This document shows positions 13,166 to 24,629 of a stretch of DNA of 64,000 nucleotides, piece after piece (position 1 is the first letter of the stretch; each line of letters opens with the position of its first letter). The position numbers and the translations under genes are program-made. The stretch spans positions 1 to 64,000 of the forward strand of contig NW_021832128.1 of the NCBI RefSeq assembly GCF_006345805.1. The letters are read 5' to 3'. This DNA comes from Octopus sinensis (lineage: Eukaryota). The notes under the pieces are model-generated. The model saw only the letters and a program-made list of their open reading frames with translations, searched no databases and was not told the origin of the DNA.

Positions 13166-13527
13166 ATGAGTGGCTGTGTGGTAAGTAGCTTGCTAACCAA
13201 CCACACGGTTGCGGGTTCAGTCCCACTGCGTGGCATCTTGGGCAAGTGTCTTCTGCTATAGCCCCGGGCCGACCAATGCCTTGTGAGTGGATTTGGTAGA
13301 CGGAAACTGAAAGAAGCCTGTCGTATATATGTATATATATATATGTATGCGTGTGTTTGTGTGTCTGTGTTTGTCCCCCTAGCATTGCTTGACAACCGAT
13401 GCTGATGTGTTTGGGTCCCCGTCGCTTAGCGGTTCGGCAAAAAGAGACCGATAGAGTAAGTACTAAAAGGTGGTGCTCCAGCATGGCCGCAGTCAGGTGG
13501 CTGAAACAAGTAAAAGAGAGTAAAAGA

Positions 13528-13528
<1 letters not shown>
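13166..13528 (+). mobile_element. tRNA-derived SINE (octopus type)
   Basis: A box TGGCTGTGTGG (13171) and B box GGTTCAGTCCC (13214); internal TA/TG repeat; tail gctccagcatggccgcagtc...gaaacaagtaaaagag. Confidence 0.85.
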
Positions 13529-13578
<50 letters not shown>

Positions 13579-13724
13579 GTGAAATAGAAAGATGAATAAT
13601 CTTGTAGTAGATTAATCAAAAGTTTAACCGATACCTTAGTAGCAAAAATCACAGCAGTAAACAGCACGGTTGGAGGTACAACCATCTGACGTTGCAACCG
13701 TGCGTTGGTGCGGATAATTGAAAT

Positions 13725-13912
13725 TAAAACATTATTGGTGAATTGAAGAAATGGAGCTGAACGCAGATTGAACAGAAATCGTTTTATTTCATTCTACACG
13801 TGTTTCGAAAGGCACAAATTTTGGTAATTTGTGCCTTTCGAAACACGTGTAGAATGAAATAAAACGATTTCTGTTCAATCTGCGTTCAGCTCCATTTCTT
13901 CAATTCACCAAT

Positions 13913-13921
<9 letters not shown>
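13725..13921. repeat. Perfect inverted repeat (96-bp arms, 5-nt loop) inside a (TA)n-flanked Penelope-like end fragment (13576-13921)
   Basis: 13725-13820 is the exact reverse complement of 13826-13921; (TA)n at 13528-13575 and 13921-13952. Confidence 0.95.
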
Positions 13922-13954
<33 letters not shown>

Positions 13955-15329
13955 CAAAGCAGGAAAGTGGAAATTTTCTGGTATTTATTCTCCAATACAA
14001 GTTTCATTTGCCAATAGGAATTACAAAGATCTACATGTTAGACATGTAAGGAATTTCCTATTAGAAATTTGTCATATGGAGAAAAATATTTATAGTTCAA
14101 AAATCACATTTGTATGAAGCATCTATATTTGGATATTAATCAGGAGCAGCACAAACAGCCCAGGTGAAGGAAAGAAAAAGCTATATAAACAAACATGCAC
14201 ATAGTACATATACTCATATACCTTTATTCATAAAAATATACACATTAATAGAAATACATTTAGTACATATATACATACACACATACACACACAAATATGT
14301 ATATATACATATTCATGCAAACACACATGCACAAGAATTGCATGAAGGTACTAGACATGTTATAAAATGCTGTCTGAGTCATTTTCATTATTAGTAACTC
14401 ATAAAAATATATATTGTGTTTATTAAACTATATATATATATGTTGCAATGTTACCCAACCAAACTGGTGAATAATGGGAAAATACTATGAATTAAGTTTC
14501 CCCTGAAACGTAAATATGAATGGAATGAAACAAGTTTCATGTAAATTGGGCATGTGGTTGTTGAGATATTAGGGATTTTCAGGGTATTAATACCCAAAAC
14601 AGTTCATAATGGGAAAATATTCTGAAAATAACTGGTGATTTCAAAAATGTAAGTTGTTTGTTCAGTAAGTATTTATATTTTAGCTTTCTTTAAACAGACA
14701 ATATTTTAATATTTTTTTTATTATTTTCAAGTGAATAACATTACAAACATTTTATTTCGGCACATTTAAAAAATATTTGAAAGTGAAAATGACTTTAAAA
14801 ATGCAGTAAATATTTCATAAAAGACCCGTTCATAACTTCGGTGGGAAATAATTTTTCCATAGGTATTTTTCGAGTGCATTCAACGTATCTCACCTCCAAA
14901 GATTTTGTTTCTATTTCTAGCACGCCCTGCTACCATGTGACAGCTATTTGTAATAAAAAACTCAAAATACCTGTTACATGGTAGCAGGGCATGCAAGAAA
15001 TAGCAGCCAAATCTTTCCTTTTCTGGGGGAAAGGAGCTGTTTACATGATTTCGATGTCACATTCATTAAAGAAAAAAAGAAACCCATGCAACAAAACTCC
15101 ATTGCTGGGAAACTCAGACTTTCCCAGTGACCCAACGGGTCACGTGTAGTCTAGTAAAATATATAAATAAAAGAATAAGCAGAATAGTAAGATACAAATT
15201 TGTCATAGGGGAAGGGGAGATATGTATACAGGATTCAAAATAACAAGTAAGTAGTAAATCAGAACAAAAAAAAGCATAAGAGATGCAGCAACATAAAAGG
15301 AAGGTTAACCAAGAAGATAGCTTTTGTAT

Positions 15330-16566
15330 GCAGCAGATGCACAAGGGCAATAAACACTGCAGATGCTCAGAAAACTGATTCCATCACTTGCCAGGGGGAG
15401 AATCTAGAAGTAGTTGATAGCTTCTGCTACCTAGGTGACCAAGTCTGTAGTGGGGGTGGATGCTAAGAGAGTATTGCCACAAGAATAAGAATAGCCTGAG
15501 CAAAGTTCAAAAAGCTCCTACTTCTACTGGTGATAAAGGGCCTCTTGTTCAGAGTGAAAGGCAGATTGTATGATGCATGTGTGCAAACTGCCATGCTAAA
15601 TGGCAGTGAAACATGGGCTGTGACTGCTGAAGACATGCGTAGGCTCAAAAGTAATGAAGCTAGTATGATCCACTGGATGTGTAATCAGTGTGCACACACA
15701 ACAGAGTGTAAGCATCCTAAGAGAAATGTTAAACATAACAAGCTTCAGATGTGCTGTGTAAGAGAGACGACTGTGCTGGTATGGTCATGTGCTACATATG
15801 GATGAGAGGAGCTGTGTGAAGAAGTGTCGCTCCCTAACAGTGGAATGAACCCATGGAGGAGAGAGACCCCAGGAAAACATGGGATGAGGTGGTGAAGCAT
15901 GACCTTCGAACGTTGGGCCTCACAGAAGCAATGACTGGTGACCAAGACCTCTAGAGATATGCTGTGATTGAGAAGACCCGGCAAGGAAAGTGAGATCTCA
16001 GTCATAGCCTACACCAGCGTTGCATAACCAGCCTATTTAAAAAGTACCTTTGAATTGTTGGGTGACATGCCATGCTTGAGGGGACTGAATGAGTTAAGTA
16101 AATCAAAATCAAAATTAAATCAAATCACAATCAAATGGAAATTGTAGTTGTGGGCGATACCAGTACTGGTGGCACACAATAAGCACCATTCATGTGTGGG
16201 TTATTGCCAGAGCCGCCTGACTGGCTCCCTGTGCCGGTGGCACATAAAAAGCACCATCCAAACATGGTCGATGCCAGCCCCCACCCCCTGCCACCGACTG
16301 GCTCCTGTGCCAGTGGCACGTAAAAAGCACCATCCAAACATGGGCAATGCCAGTGCCACCTGACTGGCTCCTGTGCCGGTGAAACATAAAAAGCACCCAC
16401 TACACTCTCGGAGTGGTTGGTATTAGGAAGGGCATCCAACTATAGAAACAGAGCCAGATCAGATTGGAGCCTGGTGTGACCTCCTGGCTTGCCAGTCCCC
16501 AGTCAAACTATCCAACCCATGCCAGCATGGAAAACGGACGTTAAATGATGATGATGATGATGATGA
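15330..16566 (+). mobile_element. RTE LINE, 5'-truncated copy with 3' UTR and (GAT)n tail
   Basis: VVDSFCYLG...RVKGRLYDACVQTAMLNGSETW...; 3' UTR with about 58-bp tandem units; ends ttaaatgatgatgat. Confidence 0.9.
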
Positions 16567-16620
16567 TATAAAGCAAGATTTATTTGCGAACAAAGTTGTT
16601 CAAAAACTAAGGTACTACTG

Positions 16621-16656
<36 letters not shown>

Positions 16657-17009
16657 AACATGTATATATATACACACACAGATGCACACACATGCATACA
16701 TACACATACATAGGTAGATATAGATATATAAATATACACACACACACAGACGCACACACATGCATACATACACATACATAGATAGATATAGATATATAAA
16801 TGTAAGATCAAAGGATCAAGGTGTAGGAAGAAAGTGAGCTTCAAGCAATCCGTAGAAGATATAAAAAAACAACTTTCAGACATAATAGTGGTTTATTGGG
16901 GTGGAAGGCTGTGAATTTTTCTTGTATTGAAGTACAAGCAGAAAAAAATAATTGTATATTTCACAGTAGGCAGCCAGGGTTGCTGGGTATTATTCATTTT
17001 CTTTCTTTT

Positions 17010-17330
17010 ATTCTTTTACTTGTTTCAGTCATTTCACTGCGGCCATGCTGGAGCACCACCTTTAGTTGAGCAAATCGACCCCAGAGCTTATTCTTTATAA
17101 GCCTAGTACTTATTCTATCAGTCCCTTTTGCTGAACCGCTAAGTTATGGGTACATAAACACACCAGCTTTGGTTGTCAAGTGATGTTGTACTTAGACACA
17201 CAAACATATACACACAGACAAACACACACACACACACACATATACATATACGGCGGGCCTCTTCCAGTTTCCATCTACCAAATCCACTCACAAGGCTTTG
17301 GTCACCCCAAGGCTACAGTAGAAGATACAG
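17010..17330 (-). mobile_element. tRNA-derived SINE, head truncated
   Basis: Reverse complement of the body and tail of the 13166 SINE. Confidence 0.85.
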
Positions 17331-17334
17331 CCAC

Positions 17335-18922
17335 TCCCGCGCCTATGTAGGAATGTGAATAAAAATCTAAGAGCCAAGGAATGGAGTAGATAAAATCCAG
17401 GCTACACTGCAGGCCAAGGGTATATTGATTAAAAGAAGTTTACTTTGTTGCGAGAAGGCCCATGTTGACTCATGGAGGATTTGATCAGAATGCATAGAAA
17501 GCACAGTTTGAGTGGAGAATAATTGTGAAGAAAAATTAGGAATATAAGAAAAGGAAAAAGAACAAAAAATATATAAGCGAGTGGAAGAGTTACAAGTAAA
17601 GAATTTAAGCAGGGTCATTTCACAGATTGTTTTCAATAGGGTCATTTAGGTTGAGTCAAAGAGAGAGGGGGATAGGGTGTGGTATTTGAATAGGATAATG
17701 TGGAGAGCAGGAGGGTAAAGTATTTGTAGTTGATAGGAAAAAAAATTTTTGCTTAAAGACATAGGAAAGAAGTAAAAGTGAAAGTCTAGAGAAGAAGAGG
17801 AAGAATGGTAATAATGACTAAAATCTAAGAATTAAGGAATGTTTATTGTGGAGCAGTGTGTTTTGTATGAACTAGTAGAGGCATATGTAGGCATATGTAC
17901 TTGTAAGTCTTCAAAGAGGGTGGAGGAAGGCAAATTAAGAGAATTTTTAGGGTATAAAGGGTAAGGAAAGATAAAAATAGATAGAAAGAAATAAGGAGTT
18001 ATAGGGAATATATTGTGGTTAAAGATCGGTGGTTGTGAGGGTAAAAAAAGGGGAATGTCTATGAGGACAGAGCCAAAGTTAGGGAATGATGCGGATTTGG
18101 GTAAGTGAGGGCAGTTATTTTTGTATTTTGAGAATAGGTTACGTAATGTGTGTTGGCATGTAAAAATTATGCTATCACATTTATTCAGACATTTAGTGGA
18201 ATGCATAATAGATAAGACTTCAGCTATGCAAAGATCGCACTTGTTGTTATAGCTGGTATATGGTTTAGCATGGGTGATTATGGTCCACTTTAAATTGATC
18301 CATTCTTGAGTTTATGGATAAATTTATGGACATACTGTTGGATTTTTTTTTTTTGGGGACTTGAAGCTGGTGTAGTGGTTACCCACTCTAGCTTTGAATG
18401 TGGTGCTGCACAAGCCGATGTATATATAGTTAGAGTTGGCAGCTGATACTGTGCATTTGTAAACAATGTTTTTAGTAAGACTGATTATCTAAAGGATAGG
18501 AGGTTGGGCATCTGAAGCTGCATAGGTTAATAAGGATGTTGTGGATGAATTTGTGGGGTGTTAGGTTCATTATCAGTAGTGGTGTTAAAATTGATATTTA
18601 TTTGCAGTTTGAAGGGGACATCAGTGGGGTTGTATATTATGATAGTTTTCATGTCCAATGATATCGTCTATATAGTCCTTTATTTCTGTATGGGGTATAG
18701 TTAGGTCATGAGATAAGTTTAAGGATTGGATGTTAGTAATGGAATTATAGTAGGAGTTTTGAGGATTAGTGTTGGTATAAGGAGGTTCCTCGGTATTCTG
18801 GATTTATATGTATGGAACTGGGGTTAGGATGAGTTATGTTATTAGGATGGATGTTGGCTAGTTGTGAGCTCCTAAGTTTCTTGTTGTTAAGATATCAGAT
18901 TACTCTGGCAATGTTATTGTTG

Positions 18923-18954
<32 letters not shown>

Positions 18955-19280
18955 GGTGGTGGTGGTGGTGGAGTAAGACAATTTTATAGATTGGGAGTTA
19001 AAGATTTTTCTAAGGGAGCTGGATTAAGGGAAATGTTTTTCAAGTAGGGTAAAGAAGAGTTTAGGTACTTGGGTGAAGTGGAGAGGAACCAGATACCATC
19101 ATGGGTTCTTGTTCATTTATTCCAATTAGGGGTTTATTGAAGTGAGGATAGGGCTTTGGAGGTGTACACTGTCGATTTCAGTGGGTAGTGACATATTTAG
19201 GATTTGGGATTATCTGGCAGGAGGATTGCCTATTAGGTCATCTACTATTTTGAAATTTAGATGGATATTGGGGTAGTGGG
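17335..19280 (-). mobile_element. Penelope-like element: RT C-terminus, GIY-YIG endonuclease and 3' region
   Basis: Minus frame CPLDNQ.LTKNIVYKCTVS...YIYIGLCSTTFKARVGNHYTSFK...KWTII...KCDLCIAE...LNK; upstream IWF...SIKLSYS..NNIARVI. Confidence 0.8.
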
Positions 19281-19284
19281 ATAT

Positions 19285-21185
19285 AGAAGGCCTGAAAGAA
19301 TGAAGGTAGCAGGGAACTGTATCAGATAGCCAGAAGGGATGCTAGGAGACAAGTATATCTAGCCAAAGGAGAAGCAGAAAAAAGAAGTTTGCCTATGTTC
19401 AGCGACATGAGGACCAAAGAACTGAAGTGTTTCAGATTGCAAGACAGTGAGTGAAAGAAAACCATGATGTCATAAGGGACATATGGATGATGTGTCCATA
19501 TGGATGATGATGATGCACTTGCATTTAATGATTCTGCAAAGAATGAGGCTTGGAAATGTCATTACAAAAGACTGCTGAATGTAGAGAATGAGTAGGAGGA
19601 GGAGAGCCAAATGTTGACCCAATTGAGAGACTGGCTACTTGAATTGACAGTTCCATGTTAGATACAGCAATTAAGGATATGAAGACAAGAAAAGACCCTG
19701 GCCCATCAGGAATTACTGCTGAGATGCTTAAAATATCTGGTGGTGTGGGTTATGGTCTAGTCACCTGCATTCTAAATCAGGTGGTTTACAAAGGAGTCAT
19801 ACCCAATGACTGGTATAGCAGCACCATAGTCAACTGCTACAAAGGTAAATTGATGCCTTAGATAGAAATAATTAGAGGTATGAAATTGCTGGGTCAAGTG
19901 ATGAAAGTTATGGGGAGAGTCATGGCACAACTAATAAGGGAGAGAGTTAGCTTAGATGAGATGCAGTTTGGTTTTGTGCCAGGGAAAAGTGACACTGATG
20001 CTATATTTCTGGTAAGACAGCTGCAGGAGAAATACATAACCAGTACTTGGCCTTTATTGACTTGGAGAAAGTCCTTGACAGGGTCCAGCAATCCCTCATC
20101 TGGTGGTCAATAGGGAAACTAGGGACAGACAAATGGTTGGAGAGAGCTGTGCAAGCTATGTACAGAGATGCTACCAGTAAAGTGAGGGTTGGCAATGAGT
20201 ACAGCAAAGAATTCAGAGTACAAGTAGAGGTTCACCAAGGATCAGTCCTTAGCCCCCTCTTGTTCATCACAGTTCTCCAGGCAATAATAGAGGAATTTAA
20301 AACAGGCTGCCCCTGGGTGCTCCTCTATGCTGATGACCTTGCTCTTATAGCTGAATCACTACCTGAATTAGAGAAGTCCTAGGTATGGAAGCAAGGTCTA
20401 GAAACAAAGGGCCTTAGAGTTAACCTTGCAAAAACCAGTCTTAGTCAGTAGGAAGGCAGACAAATCACTAATCCCTTCAGGTAGATGCCCCTGGTTGATC
20501 TGTAGAAAAGGTGTAGGTAGAAACTCCATAAGATGCACTCAGTGTAAATTTTGGACACATAAAAGGTGCAGCAATATCAGAGGAAGTTTAACAGTGAAAC
20601 TAACTTTTGTATGTGGAAGGTGCACAGGTACAATAAACGATGAAAATGTGCAGAAAATAGTCTCCAACTGCCAGGGGTGCAAGCTAAAGCTAGTAGATAG
20701 CTTCCATGATCTAGGTGACCAAGTGAGTAGTGGTGGTGGATGCTCTCAGAGCATAGCTATGAGAATAAGATTAGGATGGGTAAAGTTCAGAGAGCTCCTA
20801 CCCCTTCTGGCAACAAAGGCCCCTCTCTCAGAGTGAAAGGCAGATTGTTTGATGCCTGTGTGCAAACAGCTATGCTGCATGGCAGTGAAACATGGGCTGT
20901 AACAGCTGAGTACATGCGTAAGCTTGAAAGAAAAGAAGCCAGTATGCTTTGCTTGATGTACAATGTTAGTGTGCATGTTCAACAAAATGTAAGCATCTTG
21001 AAAGAAAATTTAGGCATAAAAAGCATCAGACGTGCTGTGCAAGAGAGACAACTCTGCTGGCATGGTCATGTGATGTGTATGGATGAAGAGAGCTGTGTAA
21101 ATCTCTAACTGCGGGGGAACCTGTGGTAGAGGTAGACACAAGAAGACATGGGATGAGGTGATGAAGCAGGATCTTCGAACTTTGG
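19285..21185 (+). mobile_element. RTE LINE RT region, pseudogene
   Basis: MQFGFVPGKS, AFIDLEK, VHQGSVLSPLLF, LYADDL (20326), PHD-like insert, GSETW, WHGHV. Confidence 0.92.
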
Positions 21186-21600
21186 CTCCTTCCCCTGTTC
21201 TTGCCCACTGTTGCAACTATTCCTTTCTCTCTAATACTACCACCTTCACCAGTTCCTACAACCATCCCTTTCACATTGCTGACTCCTTCACCTGTACCTC
21301 CAGTAATCTGATATACAGAATCCTCTGCTTCTCTTTGCCACTTTCCATACATTGGACAAATTGGTTCAATGTTTGCTGAACACCTCCAGGATATCAGATT
21401 CAGTAAAGACAGCCCATTTTACACTATTTCTGCTCAACTGGTCATTCCTTGAAGCATTTGTCTGTGTTCGGACTGGTGTTGCACAGAGGCCACCTGAACT
21501 CCCATCTCTGTCTAGAGTAGGAATTAGTTTTGCTCTCTACACACTTCAGTCTCTCATCATCTAAATTCACCAGCCCTTTTCATTTAAATACCTACTTATA
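21186..21600 (+). mobile_element. Second Penelope-like GIY-YIG fragment (different subfamily)
   Basis: FHIADSFTCTSSNLIYRILC...YIGQ...FAEHLQDIR...TGHSLKHLSVFGL. Confidence 0.7.
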
Positions 21601-22006
21601 AATACACCCACTCTTACATTCCCACTGTTCCCTCAATACTCAACCCCTCCATACACCTACAACACTGTTGAACACATTACCCAACACCACACACACCTAC
21701 ATATTCAAACAGCATGTACATATACACTGTCGCACACACAAATACACACCTTACTTCCCACACACTACCACCAACACTTTCACTACAGTCCCCCATGTCG
21801 CACATCTTCACATTTATTGTAGCAAGTTTACAATAACACACCAACACTTCCCAAGAGCCTACTTCTTTTGTCACTTCTATTCCACCCAATATCTCTATCC
21901 AGTATACATGCAAAATATCTTCATACACACATGAATACAAAACAATACACACAAACAGAAAATAGCACACACACACACACACACATACAGGTGTGCACAT
22001 ACACAC

Positions 22007-22041
<35 letters not shown>

Positions 22042-22483
22042 ATACCTTTTTAGTGCCATTTTTATCAGTCAGTTAATGGTCGTAAGGTAATCAATTTCCT
22101 TGTAGAATGCAATTGTGTAGAGGAGGTACAGCAATTTGGACATTGTGTTTCAGCTGCTCAGACATTCATGACATTTATGTCTCTCCTGAAGAGCAATGAC
22201 ATCTACTGCCACTGACCAACATGGGAGAACTGAGGATTTCAAGGTCTTATTTCAGCGTTATGCAGATAAGTAACAACACATTGAGGAGACTTTTATAACA
22301 ACTCTGTCCATTGTGCTCTCCATGAAGACTGGCTCAGATTTGCATGGATTTACATCAAAGACTTTTTCACACTGAATCCAAGTTTGTAACTCATTTATTT
22401 GAGAAAAGTTTAGGAAAAATTTCATAGAGATTTAAAGTTTGATCATTTTTGCCTGATCAGAAAACAGAATTTATGTGTAATTA

Positions 22484-22950
22484 TCATCATCATCATCGTT
22501 TAACATCCATTTTCCATAATGGCACGGGCTGGATGGTTTGGGAAGCCAGGAGTCTACACCAGGCTCCAGTCTGATCTGGCAGTGTTTCTACAGTTGGATG
22601 CCCTTCCTAATGCCAACCACTCCGAGAGTGAAGTGGGTGCTTTTTTATGTGCCACTGGCACAGGGGCCAGAGGCAGCTGGCATCAACCACAGTCGGATGG
22701 TGCTTTTTACGTGCCACTGACATGGGAGCCAGTCAAGGCATTGGCCATGGTCAGATGGTGCTTTTTACATGCCACCAGCACAGGGACTACAACTTGTGAT
22801 TTGATTTGATTTTGATTTTGATGTACTTGACTCAATAGGTCTTCTCAAGCATGGCATGTCACCCTACAATCCAAGGTACATTTTGAGTGGGCTGGTTATG
22901 CAACACTGGTGTAGGTTACAGCTGTGAACTTACTTTATTTGCCAGGTCTA
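22484..22950 (-). mobile_element. RTE LINE 3' UTR/tail fragment
   Basis: catcatcatcgtttaac... is the reverse complement of 16000-16566. Confidence 0.85.
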
Positions 22951-23149
22951 GCTATCAAAAATTAAAGTAAACATTAGAAGTTTTAAACAAAATGAAAGTA
23001 ATGCATGAAAGATAATACACACACACAGTGATAACAAGAGTGGTAACTAACAGAGAGATGGACTGATGATGATAGAGAGTAGGAGAGTTGTCAATCTAAA
23101 AGTTGAGTTATTTCTTATAGAAAATTATAATTTTTTTATTATTATATAC

Positions 23150-23578
23150 AGACACCCTTCTCTTTGTGATGCAGCCAGAGCATCAATGGACATTCTTTGC
23201 CCTCTTTTCGGTGACCGCCTCAATTCCAGGTTTGCTGGCATTCCTTATCCCCCTCGGTCCCCTGATTTATCCATGTATGATTATTTCTTGTGTATGCACA
23301 TAAGACCCATACACTGGATGACTTGAAGGAAGTTATTCCTGTGGAAGTCGCCCAAATCAACAGAGCAATGCAGGAGAGAGTGGAGGCCAACTTCCAAGAA
23401 TGCCTTCAGAAATGCATCAATGAAAACGGACACCACATGATGGATGTCGTTTTTCACACTTGATTTTGACAAATGCTAGTTCAATATGAACACATTAATG
23501 TCAATAAAATTTGCTTGCAGCTAAAATTAATGACTTTGTGAATTTTTCAAAAACATCCATACTCTCTGCCTCACCCTG
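23150..23578 (+). mobile_element. Tc1/mariner (DD41D-like) transposase 3' fragment with right TIR
   Basis: YPPRSPDLSMYDYF...LDDLKEVI...NFQECLQKCINENGHH; ends ctgcctcaccctg-TA. Confidence 0.65.
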
Positions 23579-23589
23579 TATTAACCCCT

Positions 23590-24380
23590 CAAGATGGACA
23601 TATCAAAAGAGCATTTAATGCACATAATGCTTTATTAGTTTAAAAAGAGGAACAATGTAGCAGAAGCAACCCAGAACATTCATTCAGTTTATGGGGAAGT
23701 ATGCTTGAATGAAAAAAGTTGCAAAAGATGGTTTGCAAAGTTCAAAAATGGTGATTTCAGCCTGAGAGAGAGGCCACAAACAGGATGCCCTATTGAATTT
23801 GATGATTAGCTTCTTTTGCCAGAGCTTAAGAAAGATAATACAGTGTCAGTTGAAGTATTGGCAAGCAAGCTCAGTTGCCATCTTCAACAGCTGGGAAAGG
23901 TACCCAAATTCAGAAAATGATTCCCCATGAATATAACTTCTTAAAACATGGAAAACCATTACAGCAGAAACATATTGCCTTGAAATTGCCAAAATAAACA
24001 AAAACCTGCTACTCCCCCATCCCAGACTGGTCAACAGAAGAAGGCCAATCATTCTTCATGACAATACTTGACCACACATTTAACTAATGATGCTGCAGAA
24101 GTTGAGGGAACTTGGCTACAAAGTTCTTCCCCACCCAGCTTATTTCCCAGACCTTCATACTTTTTCAAGCACTTTGATGGTTTCCTGCAAGAGAATGAGT
24201 TCAAAAATCAAACCAGTGCTGAAAGTGTGTTCAAAGAGTTCATCAGCTCCAGAACTCCAGATGTTACCGGAAGAACCAAATTTGTAACTTGTTGGCAAAA
24301 ATGTGTTGATTGTAATGATACTTACTTTGATAAATAAAATTTTTGCATTATTGAAATATATTGTGATGAATTTCATAGTT
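23590..24380 (+). mobile_element. mariner (DD34D) transposase remnant, internally deleted
   Basis: EATQNIHSVYG...RWFAKFKNGDFSL; ILHDN...LGYKVLPHPAYFPDL...WQKCVDCNDTYFD. Confidence 0.85.
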
Positions 24381-24629
24381 TATTCATGTAACATGATTCC
24401 ATGACACTCTACCACTAGCAAATGGTAAAAAAAAATGATGGGAAGATAACAAATGAAGTAGGGAGAAAGTGGGTAGAAAACGCTTGATGACTAAGAAATA
24501 TGGAGAGAAAATTGCATCTCATGTTCAATTAGTCCTTTGATCATCAGTGAATATATACTGTTGACCAAAGGTTGGTTGAATGAAATGTTTATTTGGAGAT
24601 ATAATTCACTTGCTTATTCACACATACGG

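Noticed and set aside
16150-16400. CRISPR-like repeat array
   Set aside because: Degenerate tandem units without unique spacers inside a LINE 3' UTR; eukaryotic context and no cas genes.
17455-17510. Possible hammerhead at the end of the minus-strand Penelope-like element (ctgatca…gtcaac)
   Set aside because: Both core motifs are mutated and no convincing stems can be drawn.
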